In this document: positions 10,685 through 22,661 of the stretch, in pieces | How the letters are laid out: each line of letters opens with the position of its first letter | Numbering within the stretch: position 1 is the stretch's first letter | Origin: Fistulifera solaris | Lineage: Eukaryota | Reading direction: 5' to 3' | Assembly (NCBI GenBank): GCA_030295235.1 | Contig: AP026133.1 | Coordinates: 1,116,001 to 1,180,000 of the forward strand | DNA: 64,000 bases | Translations under genes and position numbers: made by a program | Notes under the pieces: model-generated | Told to the model about the DNA's origin: nothing | Databases searched by the model: none | Seen by the model: only the letters and a program-made list of their open reading frames with translations

Positions 10685-12208
10685 ATGCCGCCGGAATTAG
10701 AATCAAAACCAAAGCCCGGTCAGCCACAGTCTCTTCTGAATACAGAGCAGAGAACACCTTCCCGTGATGAGACGGTCGAGCCGACAACCGTTAACGATGT
10801 GATTAGGGGCACTGCTAAATCAAACTCGTATCTGAATTCACCCATCATGCGATACGTAAAAAAGAAAGTCAGCTATCGAAAAACGCACGGTGTTCAATTT
10901 CAAAAACAAGTGGAAAGCTTAAATATTTCGGCCGGACCAAGCTTTCCAAAAGCAAGCAGTCCGTCAACGAACCCTCTACAATCTTTCGAAGGGCAAAATA
11001 ATGAAACACCTCCACCAGAGACTGAAGCTTTGGAACTAGATCACTTGGAACGATTTATCGATCGTTGGCAGTATTTCCGATATCGTTGCGGACTGTTGAT
11101 CAATGATGTGCGTGTCCAACTGTTTCTCGTAAACTTGATTGCTATTAACGCTATCATGATGGGAATCGCAACATTTGATTTCGTCAAGGACGACCCTCAA
11201 GTCTTAAAGATCTTTGATGTGACAGACCTTGTCTTTCTGATCTTTTTTACAGTGGAACTAGGAATGCAGTTTATTTTTTATGGATTCAGGCTTTTCACAG
11301 ACGGATGGCTGGTCTTTGATCTTATCATAATTACCCTCAGTTGGGCGTTTTCTCAAGTTCAGATCATTCGATCATTCCGAATCTTTCGAGCCTTTCGATT
11401 AATCACTCGTATTAAAGTTTTGAAAAACCTTGTACTCGGTAAGGGAAACATGGATCTGTGTTGTATTTTGCTGATATTCTATCGCGGCGAATGTTCCTCA
11501 TACTCTCTTTCTGCAGCCCTTTTTAGTGTGGTACCTCGAATGTTTGCCATCGGCATCTTGCTCTTGCTCGTGTCCTACATTTTTGCCGTATTGTTCACTC
11601 AACTGTTCAAAGACTTGTACAAAGATGGCTATACGGAGGAAGACTATTTCGGAAGGATGGACAAGACATTCTTTACTCTCTTTCAACTCATGACACTGGA
11701 CAATTGGGCAAATGTTGCTCGTGAGGTCATTGCGGTCTATTCATGGGCGTGGATACCATTCATTGTTTTTGTGATTGCCACAGGATTTGTTGTTGTTAAT
11801 CTAATCATTGCTGTCATTTGCGACGCGATCTCAGCGTTGCGCGAAGACGAAAAGGCAAAGCTACACGGTACTTACGAAGAGAACAGTCAAGAAAGTTCCT
11901 CCAATAAGCCAGAAGGCGATGATGACGACCAAAGTATCCAACTAGAGGAGGCCGCAAAAGAGGAGGACGAATATCATGTAGAGGTTGACGTGCGAGCGCA
12001 GCTCGATTCTTTGGAGCAAAATGTCTCGGAGCTTTCACAAATGCAGGAAGACGCTTTGCATGCTTTAGAAATACTGATGCAGAACTTGCAAGCACGTGGC
12101 TTGCAAGACAATTCCCATTCCTCAAGTAGTAGCGTTTACCACGAGGACGATGGAACAGCCGTAATTAGGATATTGAAGGACGATGATGAAGACAACACCA
12201 GTCCTTAG
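10685..12208 (+). CDS. Single-domain (6TM) voltage-gated Na+/Ca2+ channel, BacNav-like EukCatA type
   Basis: S1-S6 helices; S4 IRSFRIFRAFRLITR; pore FFTLFQLMTLDNWANVAR; S6 VVVNLIIAVICD; C-terminal coiled coil. One 78-nt GT-AG intron at 11439-11516. Confidence 0.9.
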   Translation: MPPELESKPKPGQPQSLLNTEQRTPSRDETVEPTTVNDVIRGTAKSNSYLNSPIMRYVKKKVSYRKTHGVQFQKQVESLNISAGPSFPKASSPSTNPLQSFEGQNNETPPPETEALELDHLERFIDRWQYFRYRCGLLINDVRVQLFLVNLIAINAIMMGIATFDFVKDDPQVLKIFDVTDLVFLIFFTVELGMQFIFYGFRLFTDGWLVFDLIIITLSWAFSQVQIIRSFRIFRAFRLITRIKVLKNLVLGKGNMDLCCILLIFYRGECSSYSLSAALFSVVPRMFAIGILLLLVSYIFAVLFTQLFKDLYKDGYTEEDYFGRMDKTFFTLFQLMTLDNWANVAREVIAVYSWAWIPFIVFVIATGFVVVNLIIAVICDAISALREDEKAKLHGTYEENSQESSSNKPEGDDDDQSIQLEEAAKEEDEYHVEVDVRAQLDSLEQNVSELSQMQEDALHALEILMQNLQARGLQDNSHSSSSSVYHEDDGTAVIRILKDDDEDNTSP

Positions 12209-12514
12209 GAGAACGACGGAAAGTAGTGAATATTGACAGCCTTTTTCGCCATTTTCTTTTTGATGGGGTAGAAGAAACGTACCGAGAGAGAAACTCATTG
12301 TTTATCTTTGAGCCTCCCATGCGACAACTCTTGATGGCGAAAAATGTGGCGGATTGTGCTACCAATTAGCGCAAGTTTGACGTAGGTCTAACTACGACGG
12401 CATTAGAGAATCGAATATGACTCCATTTCCACTACCTTCAATCCGTTCCACACGCTACGTAAGATTTAATCGCCTATTTGAAAAGTACAATCATCTTTAG
12501 CAGCATTCTCAATG

Positions 12515-12856
12515 CAAGTCTTGGTTCTTCACGTCGATTATTCTTTCGAATGTCAAGTTTTTGTTTTACTATAGGCCAATGTCTAACCCGTTTTTTGACA
12601 CGACTGCATTTGAGTCATGATGCAATATTCATTTGAGCCGCAAGTAGCTACGAAAACAATCATTGAGTTATTATTGTCTTGACTGCAATCCGATTATCTT
12701 TATGAATAACATTCTTAACGCAAGTCTTGGTTCGTCACGTCGATAACCCTTTCGAATATTTGCATTTCCTATTACTATTACTATAGGCCAAAGTGTTGAC
12801 CGTCTTTTGACAAGACTGCATTTGAGTCATGAATTAATATTTTTCGAGCGCAAGTT
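12515..12856. repeat. Imperfect direct duplication of about 135 bp; each copy contains the dispersed hairpin-ended repeat
   Basis: CAAGTCTTGGTTC..CACGTCGAT..CTTTCGAAT..TTACTATAGGCCAA..GACTGCATTTGAGTCATGA..GCAAGT occurs at about 12516-12645 and about 12721-12855. Confidence 0.8.
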
Positions 12857-12988
12857 TCAAAAAAACTTGTTACCAGACCTTCAAATGGATGACCATTGCA
12901 ACCTATATACCCCCAATAAGTTGTATTACGAAGTCACCATATCACTAAACTCGTCCATTAAATAGTTACTTTTACCTCTCCAACAGCA

Positions 12989-13909
12989 ATGGGTAATTCT
13001 CAGCCAACTAATCGTACGGGACGTCAAGCGACCGCTCAGGTAATTTGAAATTCGCCGTCTTTCGTTGTGTTCTTCTGTTTCCTTATCATTGCTCATTTTA
13101 TCCTCCCATGTTGAAAAACAGAAACTTGAAAATGCTAAAAGGTGGGAATTCTTTCCTTGACAGAGCATAAGCTAAACGACATTCCTCCGGCTGTGTTCGA
13201 TTTGGCAGCACATCTGAAGACACTCGATTTATCTAACAATTCACTGACCCGTTTAGATCCGAAAGTAGCTCAACTGACCAAGCTCAAAACTCTCATCTTA
13301 GATGGCAATCAACTTTGTGCAACGACCTTGCAACCGATCAGCGAGCTTTCTCAACTACAAAAACTGATTGTATCGCAAAACGATTTAGGACATTTACCTC
13401 GAACGAATAAAACGCAACCACCCAAAACGGCAGAACCTGCCTCTGCTTTACCTCATGATCTCCCGACGACGCTACGTGAACTATCATTAGCTCAAAACAG
13501 AATAGTCGACATTCCGCCGTCCGTATTTGTACTAGAAAAGCTCGAAAAGATGGACTTATCCAAGAATCAACTGAAGGGATGTCTGATCGCGTCCATCGGA
13601 TCCTTGAAGAATTTGACCGAGTTGCTACTAGATGGAAATGCTTTGACATCGCTACCCGAGTCAATTGGTTCTCTCAGTAAACTAAAAGTTCTCTCTCTCA
13701 AAGACAACGCTCTGCGGGGTAAAGTCAAGCCCCAAGCTCTACCGGCCGTGTTATTTACCAAAACGCCCGTCATTGACTTGAATCTTCACGGCAATCCCAT
13801 GACGAACACGGAATTGAATGAGTTTGAGGGATTCGATCAATTCTTAGAAAGACGACAAAAGGTGAAATCGAAAACGATGGTCAACTTATCCGTTTGTGGT
13901 CTTAGTTAG
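12989..13909 (+). CDS. Leucine-rich repeat protein, LRRC57-like, with N-myristoylation motif
   Basis: Exon 1 (12989-13039) encodes MGNSQPTNRTGRQATAQ; intron 13040-13121; one A is missing in the run at 13137-13140. LxxLxLxxN repeats follow, and the end ELNEFEGFDQFLERRQKVK resembles LRRC57. Confidence 0.75.
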
Positions 13910-13987
13910 TGACGAGGCGATGTTTTGCGTCCCAAATTTCATTTTTTATAAATCTTTTATTTTCTTCAGTTTTCTTTACGGTGCTAG

Positions 13988-14347
13988 CTAACAACGACCT
14001 TGCGTAAGCAATGCATTGCAAACTCCTTCACCGTAATCGGTAGTGTAAGGAATGATGACACCGACAACGAGAAGAGCGATCAAAGTCACAATGAGCGATC
14101 CCGCAATAATTTTGCTAATGAGCGGATCGGTATTGTTGTTGAGTGCGACATCCAAATCGTATTCATCGTCGTCTTCATTGATGCCCAGTTTCTTGCGACG
14201 TTCATTGGTGAATTTGTTGCCTTTGGCCGACAACGCGGAATGTTTTTGTTTCGATGCCGCGTGGCATCTCGTTCGGACGACAAAGCCTTCCGCTAAAATC
14301 AGTAGATAAGCGAGCCAAACTACAGCGAGTGCAACAAATGACTTCAT
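13988..14347 (-). CDS. Small putative plastid membrane protein
   Basis: Signal peptide ending AEG-F, a basic transit-like region, an acidic patch and one C-terminal TM helix. Confidence 0.65.
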   Translation of the reverse strand: MKSFVALAVVWLAYLLILAEGFVVRTRCHAASKQKHSALSAKGNKFTNERRKKLGINEDDDEYDLDVALNNNTDPLISKIIAGSLIVTLIALLVVGVIIPYTTDYGEGVCNALLTQGRC

Positions 14348-14672
14348 TATCGTTTGATTCAGTGAACATTGATTATTTTATGTGGTTGCATCACATAGCG
14401 TCGCCAAAATACTTTGTATAGAAATAATGCTCCGCGAAGCGACTCATGACTGAGATCCAATCGTAAAGGCTACACTTCAAATGTATGGTAACTTTGAAAA
14501 CCGCCCATTTTTTCCATAGCCATTCGCAAAACGCCAACAAAAGAAAAAAGGAAAAATCTAGCCGTCGACTATTATACCTTTTCTGGTAAAAACAACCATT
14601 CAGTCAAGTTGCAATCAAGGTTACTCAGTCAAGAGATAGAGAGGGAAAGAACCAGAGGATCAAGTCGAAGAA

Positions 14673-16224
14673 ATGAGCGAAGACCTACCGGATCGAATGA
14701 GAGATGCTCCGCCTCAACTGACCTTTGATGATGGTTCTCGTGCAGTCCTCGTCACCGTCACGGGAGATCCAGATAAACGTACTTCACCACGACACTCCAA
14801 TTTACGTCAAAAGAGCAACCAGATCAAATCCATTCAAGAATATTACGAAATCGATCGAATTGTCGCGCAAATCCAACATTACCAACGAATTGCTCTCCAA
14901 TTTCCCGATGAATTACTCAGTGATGCACCGGAAGTGTGTTGGGCACTCGAAGAACGTTTACCGCAGACACTGATTTTCTGTTTGGGAGATACAACGTACG
15001 CGTCGTGTTGTCCCGATGTAGTAGCGGCCGCACATTTACAAGCCGATTGTTTGGTACATTACGGTCATGCGTGTCTTTCGGCGACGACCAGTCACATCCC
15101 TGTCCTACATAGCTTTGGGCAATTGGAGATGAATGTAGAAACTTGTACTGCACAGATTGTGAACCAAATAAAGGACAAAGTCGAATCGAATCGATCTCTG
15201 TTGCTCTTCTATGAACTCCATTACGCGCATGCGATGGTGGAACTTGCGAGCCAGTTATCGAACACAATGAACGTTACTTTGGCACAAGTCCCGGAAACGA
15301 CGTCCAATGTTCCAACAACTGAATATTTCTCGAAAGACACCTCTGACAACAACGAAGAACAGCTTCATCTGGGTGGATTGCATATTCCTGCCATGCCAGA
15401 TATATCCGGCCATGTTCTACTCTATGTTGGATCAGAGAGCAGTCGACAATATCTGAATATCATTCTTCGCTTTCTTTCCACTACCTCACGTCCACGGGCT
15501 TTCTGGACTTACGATCCGTCGCAACGAGTCCTTTCCACTTCCTTGTCACCGACGTTTCAGCGACAATTGAATCGGCGCTTCTATCTCTTACAGAAGGCGA
15601 AATTGTGTTCAGTCTTTGGAATTCTGGTAGCACAACTCTCCAATCCGACGTTACGAACCGTTGTGAACAAATTACGAAACATCATCACCGATCACGGTCG
15701 ATCGTCGTATACATTTGCAGTGGGAAGGTGAATCCGGCCAAATTGGCCAATTTCGCCGAAGTCGAGTGTTTTGTTTTGGTGGCGTGTCCCGAACATTCCT
15801 TGTTGGACGAAGAACGCGAATATCCCACGAGTGTCATTACGCCAATGGAGTTGTGCATGGCGTTGGGTGTGAGTGATTGGGGATCGACACCGTATTCATT
15901 GGATGCGAAAGATTTCTTGTGTGTGGAGTGTACGACTACATCTGGACAGCACAAGGAAGATGACAGCAACTCCGAAACCAACGACGATGCACCCCACTAC
16001 AATCTCACGACCGGGCAATACGAGTCGGTTCCCCAACGAGCGAGTGCTGAGATCGATCTGTCGTTGTTGCCGGGACAAGGTAAACTCATGGCATATCAGA
16101 GCGCCGCTGCCGACTTTTGCAAACTCGTGAATACCAAGGATTGCAAGTCAAGGCGGGAGAAACAGCAGTACAACGAGCGCAGAAGGGTCAACAAGGGATC
16201 GCTTCAAACTACGGCAATCGATAG
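14673..16224 (+). CDS. DPH2: Diphthamide biosynthesis protein 2
   Basis: IALQFPDELL, LGDTTYASCCPD, VHYGHACLS, VNPAKLANF, LVACPE and the C-terminal REYQGL...G.QGIASNY. Two apparent 1-nt frameshifts, near 15725 and 16120. Confidence 0.88.
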
Positions 16225-16498
16225 TACAAGAATAGATCAGCACGGAAACTAATCATTCATGCTCATTATTACTAATAGTATATCTATGACAACAAAACAG
16301 CTTGTCCAAGCATTCATCCCTTCGTTCCTGGAAAAGGTCATGTAATTCTAGTCTCGTCCCCTCAACTTTTCAACAACCGACAGTAGATGGATATCATCTA
16401 ATAAGACGGTTGCCCTCACTGTACAATCATTCAGAATACCCGTTTAACAGCAGGGAAAGTAGCTCGTCATCGAAAACACTCTCGTGATACATCATATA

Positions 16499-17059
16499 TC
16501 ATATACATCCTTCTCTTTGCATTTCGGACGCACTGAAATGATTGACTGGCTGTATGCTGATCCTTTTGATGCCGTCTGATAAAGCGCCTCCATGCTGAAG
16601 TAGATCGCCTTTGCGCGGCACGGGGCTCAGCTTTCTCATTGAAGGATCGACTGTTGTACAGTGTGAACGCTTCTCTGCCGTGCAGAAATCTTTCTTGTTC
16701 GCTTTCACACTAATTACGGTAGGTACCGATTTCGTAGTAGTCCTCTCTGCTTCTTTTTGCGATTCTAAAATGGCCAGAAGCGTAAGCGTATCCACAATAT
16801 CATCATCCTCGCCATCACTATCGCCGTCGAAGAGACTCCCCTGCGCCGGTTTCTCGGTTCTCGGAAGCGGATATTGTTGCAATACCGGAGGAAGCGGATC
16901 CGGTAGCATTTCTACGGTCATGTGTTGTGCTGTACGCGCATCAATTGGAATCGCATGCATCAAATTGCCAGTTGATCGAAATTTCGGGGCATCCAGGGCC
17001 CATAATTGCCACTGCTCACACGGCGGAGCCACCGGCTGGGCGAATCTATTTCTCTTCAT
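16499..17059 (-). CDS. Hypothetical protein
   Basis: ORF of about 186 aa from ATG 17059 with natural-looking low-complexity composition; no family recognised. Confidence 0.45.
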   Translation of the reverse strand: MKRNRFAQPVAPPCEQWQLWALDAPKFRSTGNLMHAIPIDARTAQHMTVEMLPDPLPPVLQQYPLPRTEKPAQGSLFDGDSDGEDDDIVDTLTLLAILESQKEAERTTTKSVPTVISVKANKKDFCTAEKRSHCTTVDPSMRKLSPVPRKGDLLQHGGALSDGIKRISIQPVNHFSASEMQREGCI

Positions 17060-17829
17060 GTTCAATTAGGTAAGCTGAGCAACTCTAAATTCTAACAATT
17101 GTTGTTTCTCTTTCCATTCAATGTTGCCAGGCTTGGCCTTCGGCACGGTTCGACAGTTGCATGCAATGCAATCGTTCAACGGTGGCTTTGCGGACCTTTT
17201 GGCTCTGGCAGCTTCTGGAACTCACAAACAGGAACCACGAGTCGTTCTCTGACAATAAGCCGAAGTGTAAATGCCCGGAGTATTAAGGTACTTCTTTACT
17301 ATAAGGTGATATGTGTAAATTTATTTATCAACTCTAATTGATTGGGGACAATTACCCCAGCATGAAACAGTTTCGAAGTTACCTTAGTAGAAAGTACAAA
17401 GGATATAGAACAAGCAGACATCGGGCAGCTCGAACTTCAGTAACGCTTTGTTAAGTGAACATATCCAGAATGTTCTGCTGAAAAATTTAGCTACGTTCGA
17501 CGAGAGAATTAGTTACTCTAACTTTAAGCGCTAAGCTAGAAGAGGATGGTGGCTGAACGCGCGACACACGGTGGCGAACGAAGATTAGTTACGTGACAAC
17601 GGACAGACGGCAATTTTGTCCGTGCGGCGTCGTCGTCGGTCGTCGTCAGCTTGACGTCAGGAACGCGAACCAATTTTTACAGCTAAAGGAAAAGCGAAAA
17701 AAAAAACGACGACACGACAAAAGGTCCAACACTAAACAGTCTACATCCAATCATTATTGTACAAGATTCGTTGCTCCTTTTCACCAACAATTAGTATAGA
17801 GAGGACATTCAACTACAATACAAAATACA

Positions 17830-18617
17830 ATGACTACCGCGGCAATAACTCGGTCATCCCAGATCAAATGGGCCGTTTCTGGTTGGGCTTTCTTTATTGC
17901 CGAAAACGCCATCTTATCGGAAAATCGGACGTGGATTATTGATCAGCTGGGTGATGATGGTTATCATACTTTATACGGTGCATTTTCGACCGCTGCCATG
18001 GCTTCAGTGGGATTCGCCTACTTGAAACGACTATCTCGTCCCCCACCATCACCGGCACATCTACCTGCACTGGCATTGTCATGGGGATGCCTTTCGTCTG
18101 GATTGTTTCTAGCCTTACAAACGGCTCCTTCCATGCAAATCCCTGTTTCTATTCAACAAAGGACGGTCCAACATCCAACACACCCTCTTGGAAGCTGCAA
18201 GTGCGATGTCCTTTCGATTTCACGCACGATCGAGACAACAATGAAACTGTGAAAGGAATTGAACGCATCAGTCGACATCCGGGTCTGTGGAGTCTGGCGT
18301 TTGTGGCTCTTAGTAATGCAGCTTTGTTGCCGCCGCTTCATCCTTTGCAGCTGTGGTGGATGGGGCCTACGGCGGTAGCGTGGGTGGGTGGAAATCATAC
18401 AGACGCACGATATCGACGAGGAATGGGCGGAACCTTGGACCCAGTCTACGAAAGCCAAACGAGTAATATTCCATTTAGCGCTATCGTAACCGGGCGACAG
18501 GGGAATGCTACAGATGCAATGAAAAAGATGCTACAGGAAATCAAACCGCTGAATGCTCTCGTTTCAATAGGCGTCGCTACGCTATTCGTTTTGAGCCGAG
18601 GCCGAATTAAAGCTTGA
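17830..18617 (+). CDS. NnrU-like membrane protein
   Basis: Multiple TM helices with GIERISRHPGLWSLA, HTDARYRRG and TSNIPF, typical of NnrU. Frameshift near 18155. Confidence 0.75.
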
Positions 18618-18718
18618 CAAAACATACAACATTAATAACACTTGACTTTTTGTTGAGAGCAAACGTTTACATTTCAAACGAATAATGGGAAAAATAACAG
18701 ATAAAGAGCAGATACTCT

Positions 18719-20069
18719 TTAGAAACCCCTGTGCAACGACATTTCACTTTTACGACTGGCATCGAGAATCTCATTGATTTCTTCGTCCGAATTTTGACTG
18801 ATCTCACTTCGTAAGACTTCACAAACATCTTCCATACTCGGTCGCTGCTTTGCATCGCCCCATCCTCTACGCAACATATTGTTGATTTCGGGAGGCCATT
18901 TCGGATCAGGCGCGGGACGAGCGCCTCCAGCTACCACCTTTTTCTGAAACATGCCCATATTGTAACCTTCAAAGGGAGTTTCCATTTTGAACATTTGCCA
19001 CATTAAAATGCAGAACGAGTAGACATCAACGTTTTCATTGTACGGTTTGTGCAAAGCAATTTCCGGAGCCATGTATCGTGGACTGCCTGTGTCACCCGTG
19101 AGTTTGAAGTTCCCATCCTTGTCTCTTACGTTGAGGTCGATCTCTTTTACAAGGCCTAAATCGAACAGCTTCACGTCATCGCGAACGTCAAACCCAATGT
19201 TGTCCGCTAAAGTTCGCATCAATTTTCCGCGCGTTAGATGCATTCTGGATCATGAGAACTGAGTGTGGAAGCGCTATCGTCAAGTACTTACGCTTAATAT
19301 CACGGTAAATGATGTTGCTATCATGCAAGTACTTGATAGCACATCCAAGATCGTAAGCCACTGTTACTCTTTCCAACCAAAACGCCAATTCTTTCTTGCC
19401 CTTCCGGTCCATCATCCTTCCCAATCCCTTTGGCTGCTTTTTTCTTCCACTTGGTTATCCGCTGCCCCATGATGTCGTACAAACGATCCAAGATGACAAA
19501 GTACTCGGGAGAGAAAGGTGTCCCCAAGCAGGTAGCTCGCATTTTGATAATATTGGGATGTCGAATAACTGCCAAGAATCGAGCTTCAACAGCTAGATCG
19601 ACTACTCCATTAATGAAAGTCGATGCATCATTGAACGATGTGTCTTGTAACTTTTTGATGGCATATCGACAATCCTTTCCCTTTCCTCTAAGGCAATTAG
19701 CCTGCATAAAACCTCTATCCTGTACAATGTGATTGATATCGTCGTCGGCTACTTTTTCGGCGTTTGAGGCGCCCTGTGACACGTCTTTCAATTTGATAGC
19801 AACGATTTCGTTGACAACGCAGAATCCTCCCCGACCTAGCACCGTTCCTAATGTTAGCTCTGGAAGCTCAACTGAGTGAGAAACAATGTATTTTATTGCT
19901 TTGTGTAATACACTTGTTACTTACCGCTGCTTTCGAACTTCGGAATACGCTCTTCGAGAGAAACATCCAAGATCTGCGAGTTGTCCGTCTTGGCTTTCAC
20001 CGTTTTCTCGGCTATCTTCAAAAGTTTCGACAGATCATGGCCCTCAATACTGGTAGGAATAGCAGGCAT
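18719..20069 (-). CDS. Ser/Thr protein kinase (TKL-like diatom family)
   Basis: LGRGGF, YAIKKL, YRDIKPDN (spliced), LFDLGL, TGSPRYMAPE and DVYSF. Introns 19860-19924 and 19207-19291; frameshift near 19422. Confidence 0.9.
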
Positions 20070-20874
20070 TCTTTAGAGGATTAAATATATTTGAGTATTC
20101 AATGATAAACAGTAAACAACACAATGTCAATAAGGTTGAAATGCGATGCCGAAGATCGAAATAAGTGCATGAAGATAGAGAGTGAACGAACAGCGGCCAA
20201 TGGCATCCGGTATCCAGTAGTGCCGATACGATTTCAAAGTGTCTGATCATCACTGATCACGATTCTCTCCGTCCGTCGACCGTCGTTACGCTCGTTAATT
20301 CAATATATTAGAAATAAGGTAGCATAAATTACTCGTTGGAAACGCAAAAATGGAGGCAAAATCGCCTCCAAACATTGCATTACCACGCTATAACGTCTAA
20401 TTAGGTAAGAAAAAATGTTTCAAAAGTCTATGCAGGTTCCACGTCGGCTCGTTAGGAAAATTTTTGTCAATTTAGGGGTACCCGGATATTAATTAGTTTG
20501 ACCATTTTTCGGGTCGGCTTTGCACCAATTGCGCCGAAACAGCTATTAATAGCATGAAGAATCGTGTGTTACCGCAAGCAATGAAAATTTGGATTTGCGC
20601 TCCAAACGCAGAAACGAAGAAGCCCTAGAGGGCTTCGAAAGTGTACGTGGTTTACACGTAGCCGCCGTTGGGAATTTCATCGACCGAGGGGAACCCGGAA
20701 ATGGATTTTTGTTTAGTTTTTCGTGGCAAGATTTTTTATGCGCGTGCCACGATTCGGCATCGTTGCTTTATTATTTCGAGTCGTCGGTCACTTCGGAGAC
20801 TTAATATTGCTTCGCAAAGCAATTGGATCTTTTTTCATTGATCTTGACCAACCCACCGTTATCAAAATTGCATA

Positions 20875-21920
20875 ATGAAGATTATCACTGCCAGCGTTGC
20901 TCTTCTCTTTTCCTTGTTCGCTCTGGCGACAGCCAACAGGTGAGTCTCCTGATAAAGACCGGCCTACAAGAATGTATTATTCACAAACGTCGTTTTCTCT
21001 CTTTTCAGCGAACTGGAGAAGGTCACTCACAAAGTATACTTCGATGTAGAAATCGAAGGATCTTCGGATGGCGGTCGTATTGTGATGGGATTGTTTGGCG
21101 ATACCGTACCGAAGACCGTAGAAAACTTTCGAGCCTTGTGCACGGGTGAAAAAGGAACTGGAAAGGCTGGAAAGCCTTTGCACTACAAGGACTCGATCTT
21201 TCACAGAATTATTCCGAACTTTATGATTCAGTAAGTAATTCTATGATTGTCCCGCCTTCAAAATGGGCGCATCGAAACATTGCTCCTCGACGAACTCACA
21301 ACATTCGTTTTTCTTGTGCGGTTGATCTAGAGGTGGCGATTTTACTATGGTACGTTTCTTTTGCACCAAGTGTGTGGCGATCTTTGAATAAGTAAAGGCT
21401 AACAAGTGCTTTGCAGTTCAATGGACGTGGAGGAGAATCAATCTACGGTGAGAAGTTTGCCGATGAAAATTTCAAAATCAAGCATACCGGGCCCTTCTAC
21501 TTGAGTATGGCCAATGGTAAGATTACTGCATTACATGGTGATGATATTATGTTGTTTTCAGTATCTCACTCAACGTAATGCAAGCTGGACCTGGTACCAA
21601 TGGAAGTCAGTTCTTGTAAGTCAATTTTTATGACACGGTTGTTGTCTCGGATCGAAATTCTTACGCTCGATTTCTTTGTTTACTTTCAACCATAGTATTA
21701 CGACAGTTGCAACTCCCTGGTTGGATGGCCGCCACGTTGTGTTTGGCAAGGTATTGGAGGTAAGTAGACGACCGCGAGAGCTGTATAGTCCTGTGGGGGC
21801 TCGACATCTCATGCTTCATTGATATAGGGAGAAGCCATTGTCAAGAACATTGAATCTCAGGGTTCCAACTCGGGTCAGCCTAAGGCAAAGGTAACCATTG
21901 TGGACTCTGGTGAGCTTTAG
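20875..21920 (+). CDS. Cyclophilin-type peptidyl-prolyl isomerase, secretory (CypB-like), 7 exons; absent from the ORF track
   Basis: Exons 20875-20939, 21009-21230, 21331-21349, 21417-21516, 21585-21615, 21696-21759 and 21828-21920 splice in frame. They give a signal peptide, [52 protein letters not shown] and the end DSGEL*. Confidence 0.93.
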
Positions 21921-22661
21921 AGTGTAGAGAGGAGCTTAAATAATTTAATAGTAATCTATTCCCGCCTTCGTACAGAACGGTAGCGCAAAAGGTGCATACT
22001 AGTCTCTAGCTAGGTATTCTCCTTATTAAGAGGATGTCTCAAACTGATTTGCAAGAGGAGAGAAAGCAACTCGGCTCTTCCTTTAAGCTCACAGTAGCTC
22101 ACCCAATACCAATACCTAGTTATTATTACCTCCATCGCTAATGGACGGTGAGAACATCGTCAACCGCATCGTTCGTCGCGTTGGTAAATTCTGATCCGGG
22201 TTTCAATATCACAGCACAAGAAATAACGAGGTGAGTGACCTTTTTGTCCTGCACTGTTTTGTTTTTCTTTGCTCTTTAAGAAACATTTCGTTCGGGCTAT
22301 GTTTGTGTCAGATACATGATCCTTTGATACGACAAGAAAAAGAACCAGAACTTGAGCTTCATGCAAGGTGCCAAGTCAAAAAGCGGGCGGCGAAAGAAAA
22401 AAAGATCGTGAAGAAAATGTCGTAGGAGTACCGGATGAAGTGAGATTCCATTCTTTGTGAATCATACGTAGTTGTAGTACTGGTGCTCTTGCCGCAATGG
22501 AATTTACTATTTACCACAATCTGAGGTTCTCGCGATAGAGCGTCTCGGTTTCCTATCACTCACTTGCGTCGTCTTGCAATTTTATAGCTTATTTGCTTTC
22601 GTCTTTTTTACAACTGTAAGCAAAGATCCTTTCTTGTAATAATAAATCAATAGCAACATCA

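Noticed and set aside
10685..12208. Bacterial contamination or recent HGT suggested by the BacNav-like, NnrU-like, KsgA and DUF1415-like genes
   Set aside because: Several of these genes have spliceosomal introns or eukaryotic targeting peptides, and all sit among eukaryote-specific genes.
15720..15735. Programmed ribosomal frameshift in DPH2 and other split genes
   Set aside because: No canonical slippery heptamer was seen, and the indels are scattered across unrelated genes as expected for sequencing error.
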